Source: an uncultured delta proteobacterium (lineage in GTDB: Bacteria > Bdellovibrionota > FAC87 > UBA2466). Taken from it: 64,000 nucleotides of DNA. The stretch lies in the NCBI GenBank assembly GCA_963778115.1, contig CAVZSV010000004.1:992001-1056000 (forward strand), written 5' to 3'. A program made the translations under genes and the position numbers. Below the pieces are notes generated by a model. It was not told the origin of the DNA and ran no database searches. It was given only the letters and a program-made list of their open reading frames with translations. Each line of letters starts with the position of its first letter. The stretch's first letter is position 1. Below are positions 28,651 to 39,604 of this stretch, in pieces.

Positions 28651-29124
28651 TTACTCGTAGCGGATGGCCAAGATCTCGTATTCCATTTCCCCTTTGGGAA
28701 CCTTAACGGTAACGGAATCCCCAACCTTGCGATTGAGCAGTTGCCGAACCACCGGAGATTCAATGGAGAGGTATCCGGCTTTTACGTCAACCTCGTCCGT
28801 ACCGACAATCTTGAAGAGTTTTTTCTCGCCCGAGGTCTCATCGTGAACTTCAATGGTCGCTCCGAAGACGATCTTATCGCTTTTGATCTCTTTGGGGTCG
28901 ATGACGAGCGCTCGCGCCAGTTTGTCGTCGATCTCAGCAATTCGTCCTTCGATAAAGGACTGCTTCTCCTTGGCAGCATCATATTCCGCGTTTTCCGAAA
29001 GATCGCCGTGAGCCCGCGCTTCGGAAATAGCTTGGATGACCCGTGGACGTTCCACGCTCTTAAGCTGCTTTAATTCTTCTTCCAGCCTTTTTTTGCCGTT
29101 CACTGTCATGGGGACTTGAGACAT
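28651..29124 (-). CDS. greA: Transcription elongation factor GreA
   Basis: [18 protein letters not shown]. Confidence 0.96.
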   Translation of the reverse strand: MSQVPMTVNGKKRLEEELKQLKSVERPRVIQAISEARAHGDLSENAEYDAAKEKQSFIEGRIAEIDDKLARALVIDPKEIKSDKIVFGATIEVHDETSGEKKLFKIVGTDEVDVKAGYLSIESPVVRQLLNRKVGDSVTVKVPKGEMEYEILAIRYE

Positions 29125-29127
29125 CTG

Positions 29128-32100
29128 TCACCTTTCCTGCAAGCAATGTGTCGCAATCGGAATGCGCTTGAGCTCTGATATTGCCTGCACACCAGCTCTT
29201 GCCGCTGCAACCGTCGTAAAGTAGCACAAGTTGCGCATTACCGTCGTTCGCCTTAACTCGTAGGCGGCACCGACCTCGTGGACCCCCAAAGCCGAAGTAT
29301 TAATGACGAGCTGAATATCACCGTTCTTAATCTCGTCCACGACATGGGGTCTGCCCTCATTAACCTTATTCGTGACCTTAATTTCAAGCCCCTTGCTCTT
29401 TAGGAACGTCGCGGTCCCTCGAGTACCCCGCAATTCAAAGCCTAATTCCTTAAGTTCCAATGCAATGGGAAGCAGCGCCTCCTTATCCCCGTCTTTAACA
29501 CTGAGAAAAGCGCAGCCCTTCATGGGAAGCCTAGTCCCTGAGGCAATGGTGGCTTTGCCGAAAGCTTCCGCAAAAGTCTTGCCACCTCCCATGACCTCTC
29601 CCGTCGATCGCATTTCCGGACCAAGAATGATATCCGTCCCGGGAAATTTATTGAAAGGAAACACGGCCTCTTTCACGTAGACGTAGTTGGTCTTCTTTGG
29701 AATCTCTTTCTCATCCCGCAGCTTCTTACCCAACATCACACGCATCGCGATCTTGGAATAAGAAACACCACGAGCTTTACTCGAGAAAGGAACGGTCCGG
29801 GAGGCTCTAGGATTCACTTCGAGAACATAGATCTTTCCGTCCTCAATCGCGTACTGAATATTGATAAGCCCTTTAACTTTAAGTTCAAGTGCGAGTACTC
29901 GAGTTTGACGTTCTAGTTCCTCTTGAGTGGCTTTCGAGAGCGTCATCGGTGGAATCACACAGGCGGAATCTCCCGAGTGAACTCCCGCTTCTTGAATCTG
30001 CTCGAGCACTCCACAGATCATGACATCCGTTCCATCGCAAACCGCGTCGACATCGACTTCCACTGCGTTCTTTAAGAATCTGTCGATAAGAAGAGGAGAC
30101 TCTTCCGAGATCTCGTGCCCTCGTAACAGCCATCTCTGAAAATCGCGGCTGTCGTAAATAATCTCCATTCCTCTTCCACCCAAGACAAAGGAGGGACGAA
30201 CTAGCAGAGGAAATCCTACCTGCTCGGCAGCCGCCTGAGCCTCGTCCCTGTCGCTTACGGTAACACTTTCGGGTTGGCGCAACTGCAAGCGATGACATAA
30301 CGATCGAAACTTATCTCTGTCCTCAGCGACATCGATCGCTTCCGCCGAAGTTCCGATAATGGGGTATTCGGAATGGGCAAGTTTTCGGCTCAAATTAAGG
30401 GGGGTCTGTCCGCCGAAATGGACAACAATTCCCCACGGCTTTTCTCGTTCCAGAAGGCTTAGAATATCTTCCAAAAAGAGCGGCTCGAAATACAACTTAT
30501 CGCTAACATCATAGTCGGTGCTCACCGTCTCCGGGTTGCAATTTACCATGATACTTTCATAACCCTCTTCGCGAAGAGTAAACGACGCTTGGACACAGCA
30601 GTAATCAAACTCAATTCCTTGTCCAATGCGGTTGGGCCCCCCGCCCAAGATAATCACTTTCTTCTTACCTGAATCTACAACGGGATCGCTTGTCCCCTCA
30701 TAGGTCGAGTACAGATAAGGGGTTGTACTTTGGAATTCAGCGGCACACGTATCCACCATCTTGTATGAAGGGTGAATATTAAGCTGTAACCGCTTGGCAC
30801 GGACCTGAGCTTCGGAAGAGCGAGCAAAGTGCGCGATGGCCAAGTCAGAAAAGCCATACCGTTTCCAGCGTCGTAACGCTTTCTCACTGACGTCGGCCAA
30901 CTTCCCCGCAACCGCTGAGATATTTTTTTCTTCTTCCACTATGGAAAAAATCTGATCAATGAACCACGGATCTATCTGGGTCAGTTCGTGCATTTCCTTT
31001 GCAGAGATTCCTTCACGAAATCCCTGTGCGATCCAAAAGATTCTATCGGGTTTTGGAACTTTGACATAATTTCGAATGCCGTCGACCCAGGTCAACCCCG
31101 ATCGCAACTTGCGCCGCTCTTCGAAAGGTTTAAGACCCCAGGTCCCTATCTCCAGCGATCGAATGGCCTTTTGGAACGACTCTTTAAAAGTCCGTCCTAT
31201 GGCCATCACTTCGCCCACCGATTTCATCTGAGGACCGAGTCTAGGATCCGACTTGGGAAATTTTTCAAAAGCGAATCTAGGAATCTTGGTCACTACATAA
31301 TCGATGCTGGGTTCAAAGCAGGAAGGGGTCTTCTTCGTGATGTCGTTTGGAATTTCATCAAGCGTGTAACCCACCGCCAATTTCGTGGCTATTTTCGCTA
31401 TCGGAAAACCCGTGGCTTTGGAAGCTAGTGCCGAACTACGGGACACTCTGGGATTCATTTCAATAGCAACTTGTCGCCCGTCGAGCGGATTGACCGCAAA
31501 TTGGATATTGGATCCGCCCGTATCCACTCCGACTTCGCGAATGATACGAAGGGCGGCGTCGCGCATAATTTGGTATTCTTTGTCTGTCAGGGTTTGGATG
31601 GGAGCCACAGTAATGCTGTCGCCCGTATGAACTCCCATGGGATCTAAGTTTTCAATAGAACAGATAATGACGACGTTATCTTTACAGTCGCGCATTACTT
31701 CAAGTTCATACTCTTTCCAACCAATGACAGATTCTTCCACCAAAATTTCGCTAATAGGACTAGCTTCTAGCCCCCTCGCACACTCGACGTGAAACTCTTC
31801 GATATTAAAAGCAAGACTGGCTCCAGTCCCTCCCATCGTAAAAGAGGGGCGAATGATGCAAGGAAAACCAATTTTTTCAATAACGGCCTGAGCTTCGGCA
31901 AAGTTCTTCGCGAGCCCGCTCTTTGGGAAATCGACACCTACCCGCTCCAGTACCTCTTTGAACTGCTCGCGACTCTCAGCCAATCGAATCGCCTTTTCCG
32001 AGGCGCCTATTAACTCAACCTCATATTTTTTAAGGATCCCTTTATCACTCAGGGCCATGGCCAAGTTCAAAGCGGTTTGTCCCCCTAGTGTCGGTAGACA

Positions 32101-32355
32101 GGCTTGAGGGCGTTCTTTTCGAATAATGTCTTCTAAGTAATCGACCGTGAGAGGCTCGACATAGGTACGATCCGCAAAATTAGGATCGGTCATGATGGTG
32201 GCGGGATTACTATTGGCTAGAATAACCTCGTAACCTTCATCTTTGAGCGCTTTACAGGCTTGGGTCCCTGAGTAATCGAATTCGCAGGCTTGACCGATAA
32301 CAATGGGGCCCGAGCCGATCAAAAGGATGCGCTTGAGATCGGTTCGCTTGGGCAT
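29128..32355 (-). CDS. carB: Carbamoyl-phosphate synthase large subunit
   Basis: MPKRTD...[17 protein letters not shown]; duplicated ATP-grasp; MGS domain. Confidence 0.98.
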   Translation of the reverse strand: MPKRTDLKRILLIGSGPIVIGQACEFDYSGTQACKALKDEGYEVILANSNPATIMTDPNFADRTYVEPLTVDYLEDIIRKERPQACLPTLGGQTALNLAMALSDKGILKKYEVELIGASEKAIRLAESREQFKEVLERVGVDFPKSGLAKNFAEAQAVIEKIGFPCIIRPSFTMGGTGASLAFNIEEFHVECARGLEASPISEILVEESVIGWKEYELEVMRDCKDNVVIICSIENLDPMGVHTGDSITVAPIQTLTDKEYQIMRDAALRIIREVGVDTGGSNIQFAVNPLDGRQVAIEMNPRVSRSSALASKATGFPIAKIATKLAVGYTLDEIPNDITKKTPSCFEPSIDYVVTKIPRFAFEKFPKSDPRLGPQMKSVGEVMAIGRTFKESFQKAIRSLEIGTWGLKPFEERRKLRSGLTWVDGIRNYVKVPKPDRIFWIAQGFREGISAKEMHELTQIDPWFIDQIFSIVEEEKNISAVAGKLADVSEKALRRWKRYGFSDLAIAHFARSSEAQVRAKRLQLNIHPSYKMVDTCAAEFQSTTPYLYSTYEGTSDPVVDSGKKKVIILGGGPNRIGQGIEFDYCCVQASFTLREEGYESIMVNCNPETVSTDYDVSDKLYFEPLFLEDILSLLEREKPWGIVVHFGGQTPLNLSRKLAHSEYPIIGTSAEAIDVAEDRDKFRSLCHRLQLRQPESVTVSDRDEAQAAAEQVGFPLLVRPSFVLGGRGMEIIYDSRDFQRWLLRGHEISEESPLLIDRFLKNAVEVDVDAVCDGTDVMICGVLEQIQEAGVHSGDSACVIPPMTLSKATQEELERQTRVLALELKVKGLINIQYAIEDGKIYVLEVNPRASRTVPFSSKARGVSYSKIAMRVMLGKKLRDEKEIPKKTNYVYVKEAVFPFNKFPGTDIILGPEMRSTGEVMGGGKTFAEAFGKATIASGTRLPMKGCAFLSVKDGDKEALLPIALELKELGFELRGTRGTATFLKSKGLEIKVTNKVNEGRPHVVDEIKNGDIQLVINTSALGVHEVGAAYELRRTTVMRNLCYFTTVAAARAGVQAISELKRIPIATHCLQER

Positions 32356-32359
32356 GACT

Positions 32360-33037
32360 TCAAATCCTACTGTTGTCGTCGTAGATCTTATCGATCGGCA
32401 TGTGGTGATAGATCCGATGTTTCAGATACATTCCCACCAGAAGCCACAGCCAACTTTGATAGGTGGAAAAATCTTTGGCACGCTTAAACTGTCTGACCTT
32501 CTTCTTGATGTACCCATGCACTTCGACGGGATGGTACGAGGGCCGACGGACAAAGCTAAAATGCTTAGTGTCCCCTTCTTCGTATTCCACCAAACGGCCT
32601 TCGATAATATCTCCGCGAGAGATCCCGATAAAATCGGTCGTTCCCTTTTTCTTCACTAAGAAGACGCGACCTAAATATAGCTCTTTCAGCTTCAGCATAT
32701 CGTCACTCGCTTTAGTGACGGTAAAAAGGCCGCGTTGGTTTCCCGTCTTTACATGATTCCAAATATTTTTTTGTGTATCCGATAGCGATTCGATCATTTC
32801 AGGAAGCTGCTGTTCGAACACACACCAATCGTAAAAGAAGTCCCACAAATCTTCGATAAGCTCAGTGTTATCGGGATTGGTGAGCATGATACGCAACCGC
32901 GTATGAAAGTCTCTTCTTAGCTCCGCCAATTTTTCCTTGTCGACAGCGACTATGATTCTCTGAACGAGAGACTCGAAATCGGGATGGATCATTCCTCCCG
33001 TCGACTGTGTAATTTCGGAGGTACCTGTGACGGTCAT
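32360..33037 (-). CDS. Hypothetical protein between carA and carB (alternative start ATG 32992)
   Basis: Long ORF with ATGA overlap with the carA stop; FYDWCVF...GLFTV...LKLKEL...GDIIEGRL. Confidence 0.8.
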   Translation of the reverse strand: MTVTGTSEITQSTGGMIHPDFESLVQRIIVAVDKEKLAELRRDFHTRLRIMLTNPDNTELIEDLWDFFYDWCVFEQQLPEMIESLSDTQKNIWNHVKTGNQRGLFTVTKASDDMLKLKELYLGRVFLVKKKGTTDFIGISRGDIIEGRLVEYEEGDTKHFSFVRRPSYHPVEVHGYIKKKVRQFKRAKDFSTYQSWLWLLVGMYLKHRIYHHMPIDKIYDDNSRI

Positions 33038-34140
33038 TTTAAGAACCCTCGCACAAAATAATCGAAGAGAGAAGCGGCATCAGAAGGACCGGGCTTCGCC
33101 TCCGGGTGAAACTGCACACTATAAAACTTCATCTTCTCGGAACAAAAACCTTCCACGGTGTCATCGTTCAAGCTCACATGACTTACCGAAACGTCTTTGG
33201 ACTTCAAATCCTGAGCCTTCACCGAAAATCCGTGGTTCTGAGATGTTATCAGAATTTTGCCCGAAATCAGATCTCTCACCGGATGATTTATTCCATGGTG
33301 ACCAAAGGGTAACTTATATGTCTTGCAACCTAGGGTACGTGCCAAAAGCTGATGCCCCATGCAAATGGCAAGAACCGGAACTTTTCCCAGAAACCCTTCA
33401 ATCTGCTCCACGCTTCCTTGAACTCCAGCCGGGTCTCCGGGACCATTGGATAGAACTACGGCCGTGGGGCGATAACTCATCGCATCTTGGTACGGATAGT
33501 TATACGGAACTACCCAAACTTTATAATCTTGTTCCGTAAAGGCTCGTAAAATATTGCTCTTAACTCCGAAGTCATAGACTACTATCGTGCCCGCATTTGC
33601 TTTATTTGCGGGCTGAATAAATTCATACGGTGCCTTACAGCTAACGCGACTCACCAGTTCAAGCCCCTCCATGTCTTCAACGGCGGCAACCAGCTCTTTT
33701 CCATACTGCTCCGTGGTGCGTCCTTTGCGGCTACTCAGCGGAAAAATAACGGCTCTTTGAGATCCTTCATCTCGAAGGATTTCGGTTACCAGACGCGTGT
33801 CGATTTCCGAAATTCCCGGTACCTTGTGGCTCTCTAACAAACTTCCCAGCGAGCGTTCGGAGCGCCATGACGAAGGCTTCGCATTATATTCTCTGGCCAC
33901 AACGCCACTGAGATAGAGCGCCTTAGATTCCCAATCGCTAGCGTTAATTCCGGTATTTCCCAAATGCGGATAGGACATGACGACAATCTGTTTGTGGTAG
34001 GAAGGATCGGTAAAAATTTCCTGATAACCGGTCATTCCGGTATTAAATACGGCCTCACCCCCTTGTGAAGTCTCGGCTCCAAAGCCCAGACCTTCGAAGG
34101 AGTGACCTTTTTCAAAATAAAGAGCCGCCTCCCAGGTCAC
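33034..34140 (-). CDS. carA: Carbamoyl-phosphate synthase small subunit
   Basis: FNTGMTGYQE..TDPSY, SNGPGDP, ICMGHQ, SQNHGF, QFHPE. Confidence 0.97.
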   Translation of the reverse strand: MTWEAALYFEKGHSFEGLGFGAETSQGGEAVFNTGMTGYQEIFTDPSYHKQIVVMSYPHLGNTGINASDWESKALYLSGVVAREYNAKPSSWRSERSLGSLLESHKVPGISEIDTRLVTEILRDEGSQRAVIFPLSSRKGRTTEQYGKELVAAVEDMEGLELVSRVSCKAPYEFIQPANKANAGTIVVYDFGVKSNILRAFTEQDYKVWVVPYNYPYQDAMSYRPTAVVLSNGPGDPAGVQGSVEQIEGFLGKVPVLAICMGHQLLARTLGCKTYKLPFGHHGINHPVRDLISGKILITSQNHGFSVKAQDLKSKDVSVSHVSLNDDTVEGFCSEKMKFYSVQFHPEAKPGPSDAASLFDYFVRGFLK

Positions 34141-35468
34141 GACAACTCCTTTCCATTTTCCGAGTTACTTAACAGGTGCGGCGAGCGGTAGATCACTTTG
34201 CCACCGACGATGGTATAGGAAACCCTTCCTTGGACTTCCCATCCGTTGAAGGGGGTGTTTTGGCTTTTCGAACGAAACTGCTCTCGATCGACGCTGTACT
34301 TTTGACTCGGATCAAAAACGGTAACGTCGGCATCGGCGCCCACTTTCAACGTCCCTTTTTGGATCCCTAAAATTTCGGCGGGTTTGACCGTCATAGCGGA
34401 AATGATCCGTTCCAGCGAAATTCCCTTCTCCCGGTGCAGCCGGTAGTACAAGGGAAAGGCCGTTTCTAGTCCCACCATTCCGAACTCGGCAAGATCGTAT
34501 TCAACTTCTTTATCTTCCACGGAGTGCGGCGCGTGGTCGGATGCAAGAACATCAATCGTTCCGTCAGCAAGTGCTTCGCACAGAGCGTCCACATCGTGCT
34601 TCTCTCGAAGTGGGGGGGCGACCTTAGTGTTGGTATCATAGTTCCCCACTGAATCATCCGTCAAAGTGAGGTGATGAGGGGTGACTTCGGCGGTTACTTT
34701 TATTCCTCGCCGCTTGGCTTCACGAATTAGCCGCACCGTTCCTTCGGTGCTGGCATGCGCGATGTGTAGCCGGGCGCCTGTCGCTTCGGCGAGTAGAATA
34801 TCTCTGGAGACGATAACGTCTTCGGAAGCACGAGGAATTCCTCGAAGTCCGAAGCGGGTCGAATTGAGCCCTTCGTTCATAACGCCTTTGCCCTTGAGAT
34901 GCGAATCTTCGGCGTGACTAATGACCACCAGATCAAATCTCTTAGAGTAGTCCATGGCTTTTCGCATGAGATAGGCGTTCATCAAAGTTTTCCCATCATC
35001 GGAAAGGCCGACAATGCCCGCTTCCCACATAGCCCCTATCTCGGCCAGCTCTTCGCCTTTGAGTCCTTTGGAAATAGCGCCGATAGCGTAAATGTTGATT
35101 TCCGATTCCGATGAAACTCTTTGGTAAATGTAACTAGTGATAAAGGAATTATCGTTGACGGGGTTGGTATTCGCCATACAAGCGACGGAAGTAAATCCTC
35201 CGGCAGCAGCAGCTTCACTTCCGGTTTTAATAGTCTCTTTGTGCGACTGACCGGGCTCTCGCAAATGAACGTGCATGTCTACCCATCCGGGAGTGACAAT
35301 ACAGCCCGGAATTTCGATCACCAGCGCCCCGGTCTCGCGCGTTAAGGGGATGGAAGAGGCGATACCTTCGACCTTCCCGTTTCTCAGATACAAGTCTCCT
35401 TGCAGATCGAGATTCTGACTCGGATCGAAGATGCGTCCGCCGCGCAATAAGATCGGTCTAGGCGACAT
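34137..35468 (-). CDS. pyrC: Dihydroorotase (type I)
   Basis: DMHVHLREPG, EVTPHH, PPLR, SDHAPH. Confidence 0.95.
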   Translation of the reverse strand: MSPRPILLRGGRIFDPSQNLDLQGDLYLRNGKVEGIASSIPLTRETGALVIEIPGCIVTPGWVDMHVHLREPGQSHKETIKTGSEAAAAGGFTSVACMANTNPVNDNSFITSYIYQRVSSESEINIYAIGAISKGLKGEELAEIGAMWEAGIVGLSDDGKTLMNAYLMRKAMDYSKRFDLVVISHAEDSHLKGKGVMNEGLNSTRFGLRGIPRASEDVIVSRDILLAEATGARLHIAHASTEGTVRLIREAKRRGIKVTAEVTPHHLTLTDDSVGNYDTNTKVAPPLREKHDVDALCEALADGTIDVLASDHAPHSVEDKEVEYDLAEFGMVGLETAFPLYYRLHREKGISLERIISAMTVKPAEILGIQKGTLKVGADADVTVFDPSQKYSVDREQFRSKSQNTPFNGWEVQGRVSYTIVGGKVIYRSPHLLSNSENGKELS

Positions 35469-36444
35469 GCAAAGGCTCTCCTCCCGTTAACAGATGAAGC
35501 AATGCCATGCGAACCAAAACCCCATTGCCAACTTGATTGAGAATCACGGAGTGATCACCATCGGCGACTTCGGGAGCAAGCTCGAGTCCGCGATTCACTG
35601 GTCCAGGATGCATAATAAGCACGTCCTCTTTGCACAACTTAAGCACTCGACTCGAAATGCCATAAAACCTGGCATACTCTCCGCGCGAAGGAATTTGAGT
35701 CACTCCCAAACGTTCGAACTGAATCCGTAATGCGATGATGACGTCTTTATCCTTCACCGCTTTATCGAGATCATAAAAGACCTCGACCCCTAACTCTCCC
35801 ATGCGCGGGGGAACTAATGTCGGAGGTCCACACACGCTCACTTGGGCGCCCATCGTCTTAAGTGCATAAATATCGGAGCGGGCAACCCGGCTGTGGGCGA
35901 TGTCTCCCACGATAAGCACTTTGAGCCCGGCCAGCGACTTCTTAAATTCGCGAATTGTCATCACATCGAGCAACGCTTGGGTGGGATGCTCGTGAAAACC
36001 GTCGCCCGCATTAATGATGGGAATACCTAAAATCTTACTTAAATGATGAGGGGAGCCGGCTGATGGATGCCTTAGCACCAAAAGATCAGGATGCATCGCT
36101 TCAATCGTTTTTGCGGTGTCGTAAAGCGTTTCCCCTTTTTCCGCCGAACTCATCTCTTTGGTAAGGACCAACGTATTACCCTTAAGCCGCTTTGCCGCTA
36201 GCTCAAACGAACTTCGGGTCCGGGTGCTCGGCTCAAAGAAGAGCAGAATCACGGTTTTATCTTTTAGGGAGTCGGGAATCGGCTCCTTGCGCTCCAGCAA
36301 GTTTCTAAAAGAAAAAGAGGTGTCTAATACGGTTTGGATCTGTTCAGCCTTTAGCAGTTCAGTCCCCAGAATGGACTTTACGCCTAGACTGACGCCCCGG
36401 CCGTGAATGGCAGTATCGCTAGAAGAAGTTCTTTGTGGTCCCAT
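35458..36444 (-). CDS. pyrB: Aspartate carbamoyltransferase
   Basis: FFEPSTRTRSSF, NAGDGFHEHPTQ, HSRV, MHPGP.NRG.E; start trimmed to ATG 36444 (could be further downstream). Confidence 0.95.
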   Translation of the reverse strand: MGPQRTSSSDTAIHGRGVSLGVKSILGTELLKAEQIQTVLDTSFSFRNLLERKEPIPDSLKDKTVILLFFEPSTRTRSSFELAAKRLKGNTLVLTKEMSSAEKGETLYDTAKTIEAMHPDLLVLRHPSAGSPHHLSKILGIPIINAGDGFHEHPTQALLDVMTIREFKKSLAGLKVLIVGDIAHSRVARSDIYALKTMGAQVSVCGPPTLVPPRMGELGVEVFYDLDKAVKDKDVIIALRIQFERLGVTQIPSRGEYARFYGISSRVLKLCKEDVLIMHPGPVNRGLELAPEVADGDHSVILNQVGNGVLVRMALLHLLTGGEPLHVA

Positions 36445-36550
36445 ATTTAGGCGGTCGCACTGTATGCGATATGGCGCGTGAAGGCAACCCCATATCCGTT
36501 GATTTGAAGCTAAAGCTAGGATATGAAATCTGCGGAGGAACCCGACTTTT

Positions 36551-37480
36551 ATGCCAAAAGACCCTAGCTCCGAAACACAGTTTAGTGGCCAATTCGCTGG
36601 CCAGTTCAATGAAATGCGTCTTAAGACCGGCCTAGCCGAAATGCTCAAAGGCGGCGTCATTATGGATGTCGTTAACCGAGAGCAAGCCGTCATCGCAGAA
36701 AAGGCCGGCGCCGTTGCTGTCATGGCGCTAGAGCGGGTGCCCGCAGACATCCGAAAAGAGGGCGGAGTCGCTCGTATGGCCGACCCCACTAAGATCGAAG
36801 AGATCATGCAAGCGGTCTCCATCCCCGTAATGGCCAAGGCCAGAATCGGCCACTTTGCGGAGGCCCGAATCCTAGAAGCCCTGGGTGTCGATTACATCGA
36901 TGAAAGTGAAGTCTTGACCCCGGCGGACGAGCAGTACCATATCGACAAATTTGACTTTAAAGTCCCCTTCGTTTGCGGTGCCAGAAATCTCGGTGAAGCC
37001 CTTCGACGCATCGGAGAGGGAGCCGCCATGATCCGAACCAAAGGCGAAGCAGGTTCCGGCAACATCGTGGAAGCCGTTCGTCACTTGAGAAAAATCACTT
37101 CCCAAATGAAGCGTCTTACTACGCTTGGCCCCGAAGAGTTGATGAATGAAGCGAAAGAGTTGGGCGCCCCGCTTCACTTGGTCCAGATCGTCGCCAAATC
37201 CGGCAAGCTTCCTGTGCCCAATTTTGCGGCGGGCGGAATTGCCACCCCGGCGGACGCGGCACTTTGCATGTGGCTGGGAGCCGAAGCCGTCTTCGTGGGC
37301 TCGGGAATCTTTAAATCAGGAGACCCCCAGAAGTTAGCGGTTGCTATCGTGACCGCCACTACCAATTACCGGGATCCAAAAATCCTGGCCCAGGTCTCCA
37401 CAGGTTTGGGAGAGCCGATGAAGGGGCTTGATATCCACCAACTCAAATCGGAAGAGCGCCTGCAAGAACGCGGGTGGTAA
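36551..37480 (+). CDS. pdxS: PLP synthase lyase subunit
   Basis: [49 protein letters not shown], ends QERGW. Confidence 0.97.
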   Translation: MPKDPSSETQFSGQFAGQFNEMRLKTGLAEMLKGGVIMDVVNREQAVIAEKAGAVAVMALERVPADIRKEGGVARMADPTKIEEIMQAVSIPVMAKARIGHFAEARILEALGVDYIDESEVLTPADEQYHIDKFDFKVPFVCGARNLGEALRRIGEGAAMIRTKGEAGSGNIVEAVRHLRKITSQMKRLTTLGPEELMNEAKELGAPLHLVQIVAKSGKLPVPNFAAGGIATPADAALCMWLGAEAVFVGSGIFKSGDPQKLAVAIVTATTNYRDPKILAQVSTGLGEPMKGLDIHQLKSEERLQERGW

Positions 37481-37481
37481 A

Positions 37482-38090
37482 GTGAAGATTGGAATCTTGG
37501 CTTTGCAAGGGGCGGTTGCTCCGCACGAAGAGAAATTAAGAAAGCTCGGGGTCGAACCCGTTCAAGTCCGAAGGGCCTCTGATTTAGCCTCTCTTTCGGC
37601 AATCGTGCTGCCTGGCGGGGAGAGCAGTGCCATGATTCACCTGCTCAATACCAACCAACTATGGGCTCCCTTGAAAACATTCTGTGAAACTCACCCGACT
37701 TGGGGAGTCTGCGCGGGAAGTATCCTGTTGGCGGCTGAAGTCACTTCACCCTGCCAAGCCTCTTTTGCACAGATGGAGGTTCGAGCGGTCCGCAACGCCT
37801 ATGGACGACAACTTGAAAGTTTCATCGACACTTTAGACCCTACCGACGCTTGGAAGGGACTCGATCCTATCGAAGGGGTCTTCATCCGGGCTCCCCGTCT
37901 GGTTCCGCTATCTGACAGGGTCCGGATCCTCTTTCGCCACCACGGCGAACCGGTCATGATCCAACAAGGTCATTGGCTAGCGTCCGCTTTTCATCCAGAA
38001 TTGAGCGGGTCAACTGAGATTCACAACTATTTTCTCACCTTGTGTGCAGAGAGGTTCCCCCATGGACGAACGATTTCCTCGATGGCTTAG
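37482..38090 (+). CDS. pdxT: PLP synthase glutaminase subunit
   Basis: GILALQG, PGGES, GVCAG, RNAYGRQ, FIRAP, FHPE. Confidence 0.95.
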   Translation: MKIGILALQGAVAPHEEKLRKLGVEPVQVRRASDLASLSAIVLPGGESSAMIHLLNTNQLWAPLKTFCETHPTWGVCAGSILLAAEVTSPCQASFAQMEVRAVRNAYGRQLESFIDTLDPTDAWKGLDPIEGVFIRAPRLVPLSDRVRILFRHHGEPVMIQQGHWLASAFHPELSGSTEIHNYFLTLCAERFPHGRTISSMA

Positions 38091-38718
38091 AACGGTTCTT
38101 AGAAAACTTGATTTTCTGGGGATTCCTAACTTAGGCGGACTGCTCTGTGGAGTCGCCGTCCTGGCCTTCGTTGCCAATAACATCGCTCCCGTTCCGGTGG
38201 AACGATTCATGTTCGATCCTTATCTCATTCTAAGGGGAGAGTGGTGGCGACTTTTTAGTTTTATCTTCACTAATGGGTTTCAAAGTCCCCTAAGCCTACT
38301 GTTTTACGTGCTTTATATTTATTTCATTGTAAATGCGCTGGAATCCGTCTGGGGGCCGGGACCGGTGACCGTCTATGTCCTCTTTAGCGTCCTGGCTTGT
38401 CTCGGAGGAGCTTTCGTTGTCATGCAACGGGTGGACGTTTCCTCCTACCTGCTCTTCAACATCAGCTTGGCGTTCGGAACGCTTTTTCCGGAGTATGAGC
38501 TTCTTTTGTTTTTCATTCTTCCCGTCAAGGCTAAATGGTTAGCTCTTATCGGAGTGGCCTTCATGGCACTGCAATTTATCCGAGGCGACGTCGTCGTGCT
38601 GCCCATCTCGGTAATACCCTATGTGGTGTTTTTCGGACCGCTACTAGTGTCTCTGGTTCGTAACCGTATCCGTCGAAATAAGAATCGAAACCGGTTTGAT
38701 GACGATATGTGGAGATAA
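38062..38718 (+). CDS. Rhomboid/Derlin-like membrane protein without a catalytic GxSG
   Basis: IL.GEWWRLFSF, LES.WG, FGTLFP..ELLLFFILPVKAKWL; multiple TMs. Confidence 0.7.
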   Translation: MDERFPRWLRTVLRKLDFLGIPNLGGLLCGVAVLAFVANNIAPVPVERFMFDPYLILRGEWWRLFSFIFTNGFQSPLSLLFYVLYIYFIVNALESVWGPGPVTVYVLFSVLACLGGAFVVMQRVDVSSYLLFNISLAFGTLFPEYELLLFFILPVKAKWLALIGVAFMALQFIRGDVVVLPISVIPYVVFFGPLLVSLVRNRIRRNKNRNRFDDDMWR

Positions 38719-38761
38719 GCTTCCCCCACAGTCTTATTTAAAAACCGGCCGTTCGGCAGAT

Positions 38762-38796
38762 GCCAAAAGCTAAACGCCAAACGCTAAACCCCTAAA
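38762..38796 (+). repeat. 7-bp tandem repeat, about 5 units
   Basis: GCCAAAA GCTAAAC GCCAAAC GCTAAAC CCCTAAA. Confidence 0.7.
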
Positions 38797-38829
38797 AATT
38801 GCAACAGGGCGCGGAAGTATTAGGCATCC

Positions 38830-39483
38830 CTATGCTCGAGCCTTAGCGCCCTTGGCTCCCGCTCGACGAGCTTTTTGGTACTTAAGATAAGAGCGCGCCA
38901 CCGCCACGAGGATAATGACAAAAACCGCGACCGTGATCCCGGTCTTCAAATGCTTGATGCTTTGGAGAATGGTCGAGATCTCGTCTCCCAAGTAATAACC
39001 CAGCCCGTAGCCAATCCCTATCCAAATGGGAACGCTGATGAGGGCAGCCATCAAGTCTAAGAGAATAAAGCGGGTGTAACGAAGCTTCATCGCTCCGGCC
39101 ATGAAGAAGGCTATCCCGCGAAAACCCGCGACGAATCGGGCAAAAAAGACCACCTTTCCACCGTATTTACGAAAATAGGCTCGGGTGCGACGAATCTTAT
39201 CGGGCTTAAAAAGGCTCTGCACTTTGCCGTGCTCAAGAAGCCGCATGCCCATTTTATTTCCCAGAAAAAAGAGGATGCTATCCCCGATGAGAACGCCCGA
39301 GAGCGTTACCAGAAGGGCGGGGAGCCAATCGAGAGTCGTATCCCAACACAGATAGCCCGTCGCTATCAGAGGAATATCCTCGGGCATCGGAAAGCCCAAC
39401 CCGCAAGCAACCAACACGCCGAAGATGACTAAGTAAGCAACATTGCTCGAGAGGTTGGTTAGGTAAATGAACAGTTTATCCAT
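38830..39483 (-). CDS. DedA-family membrane protein
   Basis: GFPMPED, GVLIGDS, FFARFVAGFR, AGAMK. Confidence 0.9.
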   Translation of the reverse strand: MDKLFIYLTNLSSNVAYLVIFGVLVACGLGFPMPEDIPLIATGYLCWDTTLDWLPALLVTLSGVLIGDSILFFLGNKMGMRLLEHGKVQSLFKPDKIRRTRAYFRKYGGKVVFFARFVAGFRGIAFFMAGAMKLRYTRFILLDLMAALISVPIWIGIGYGLGYYLGDEISTILQSIKHLKTGITVAVFVIILVAVARSYLKYQKARRAGAKGAKARA

Positions 39484-39604
39484 GATTTCAGCCCCCGTAG
39501 CTTAACTCACCTGGCCATTGAACCCAAACACCATTTTTTCCTCTTTTTTTCTTTAGGCTGACCATTTGCCGACTCGCCCCACCCACGGTATCTTTCCGCC
39601 GAAC

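Noticed and set aside
28650..28763. N-terminal extension of RecG
   Set aside because: It overlaps the greA 3' end; a TTG at 28649 directly follows the greA stop.
36445..36837. 131-aa N-terminal extension of PyrB in the ORF track
   Set aside because: It overlaps pdxS on the opposite strand and reads as antisense; PyrB similarity starts after 36444.
36551..37480. GC anomaly marking pdxS as foreign
   Set aside because: Spot counts gave GC similar to conserved genes such as fliI.
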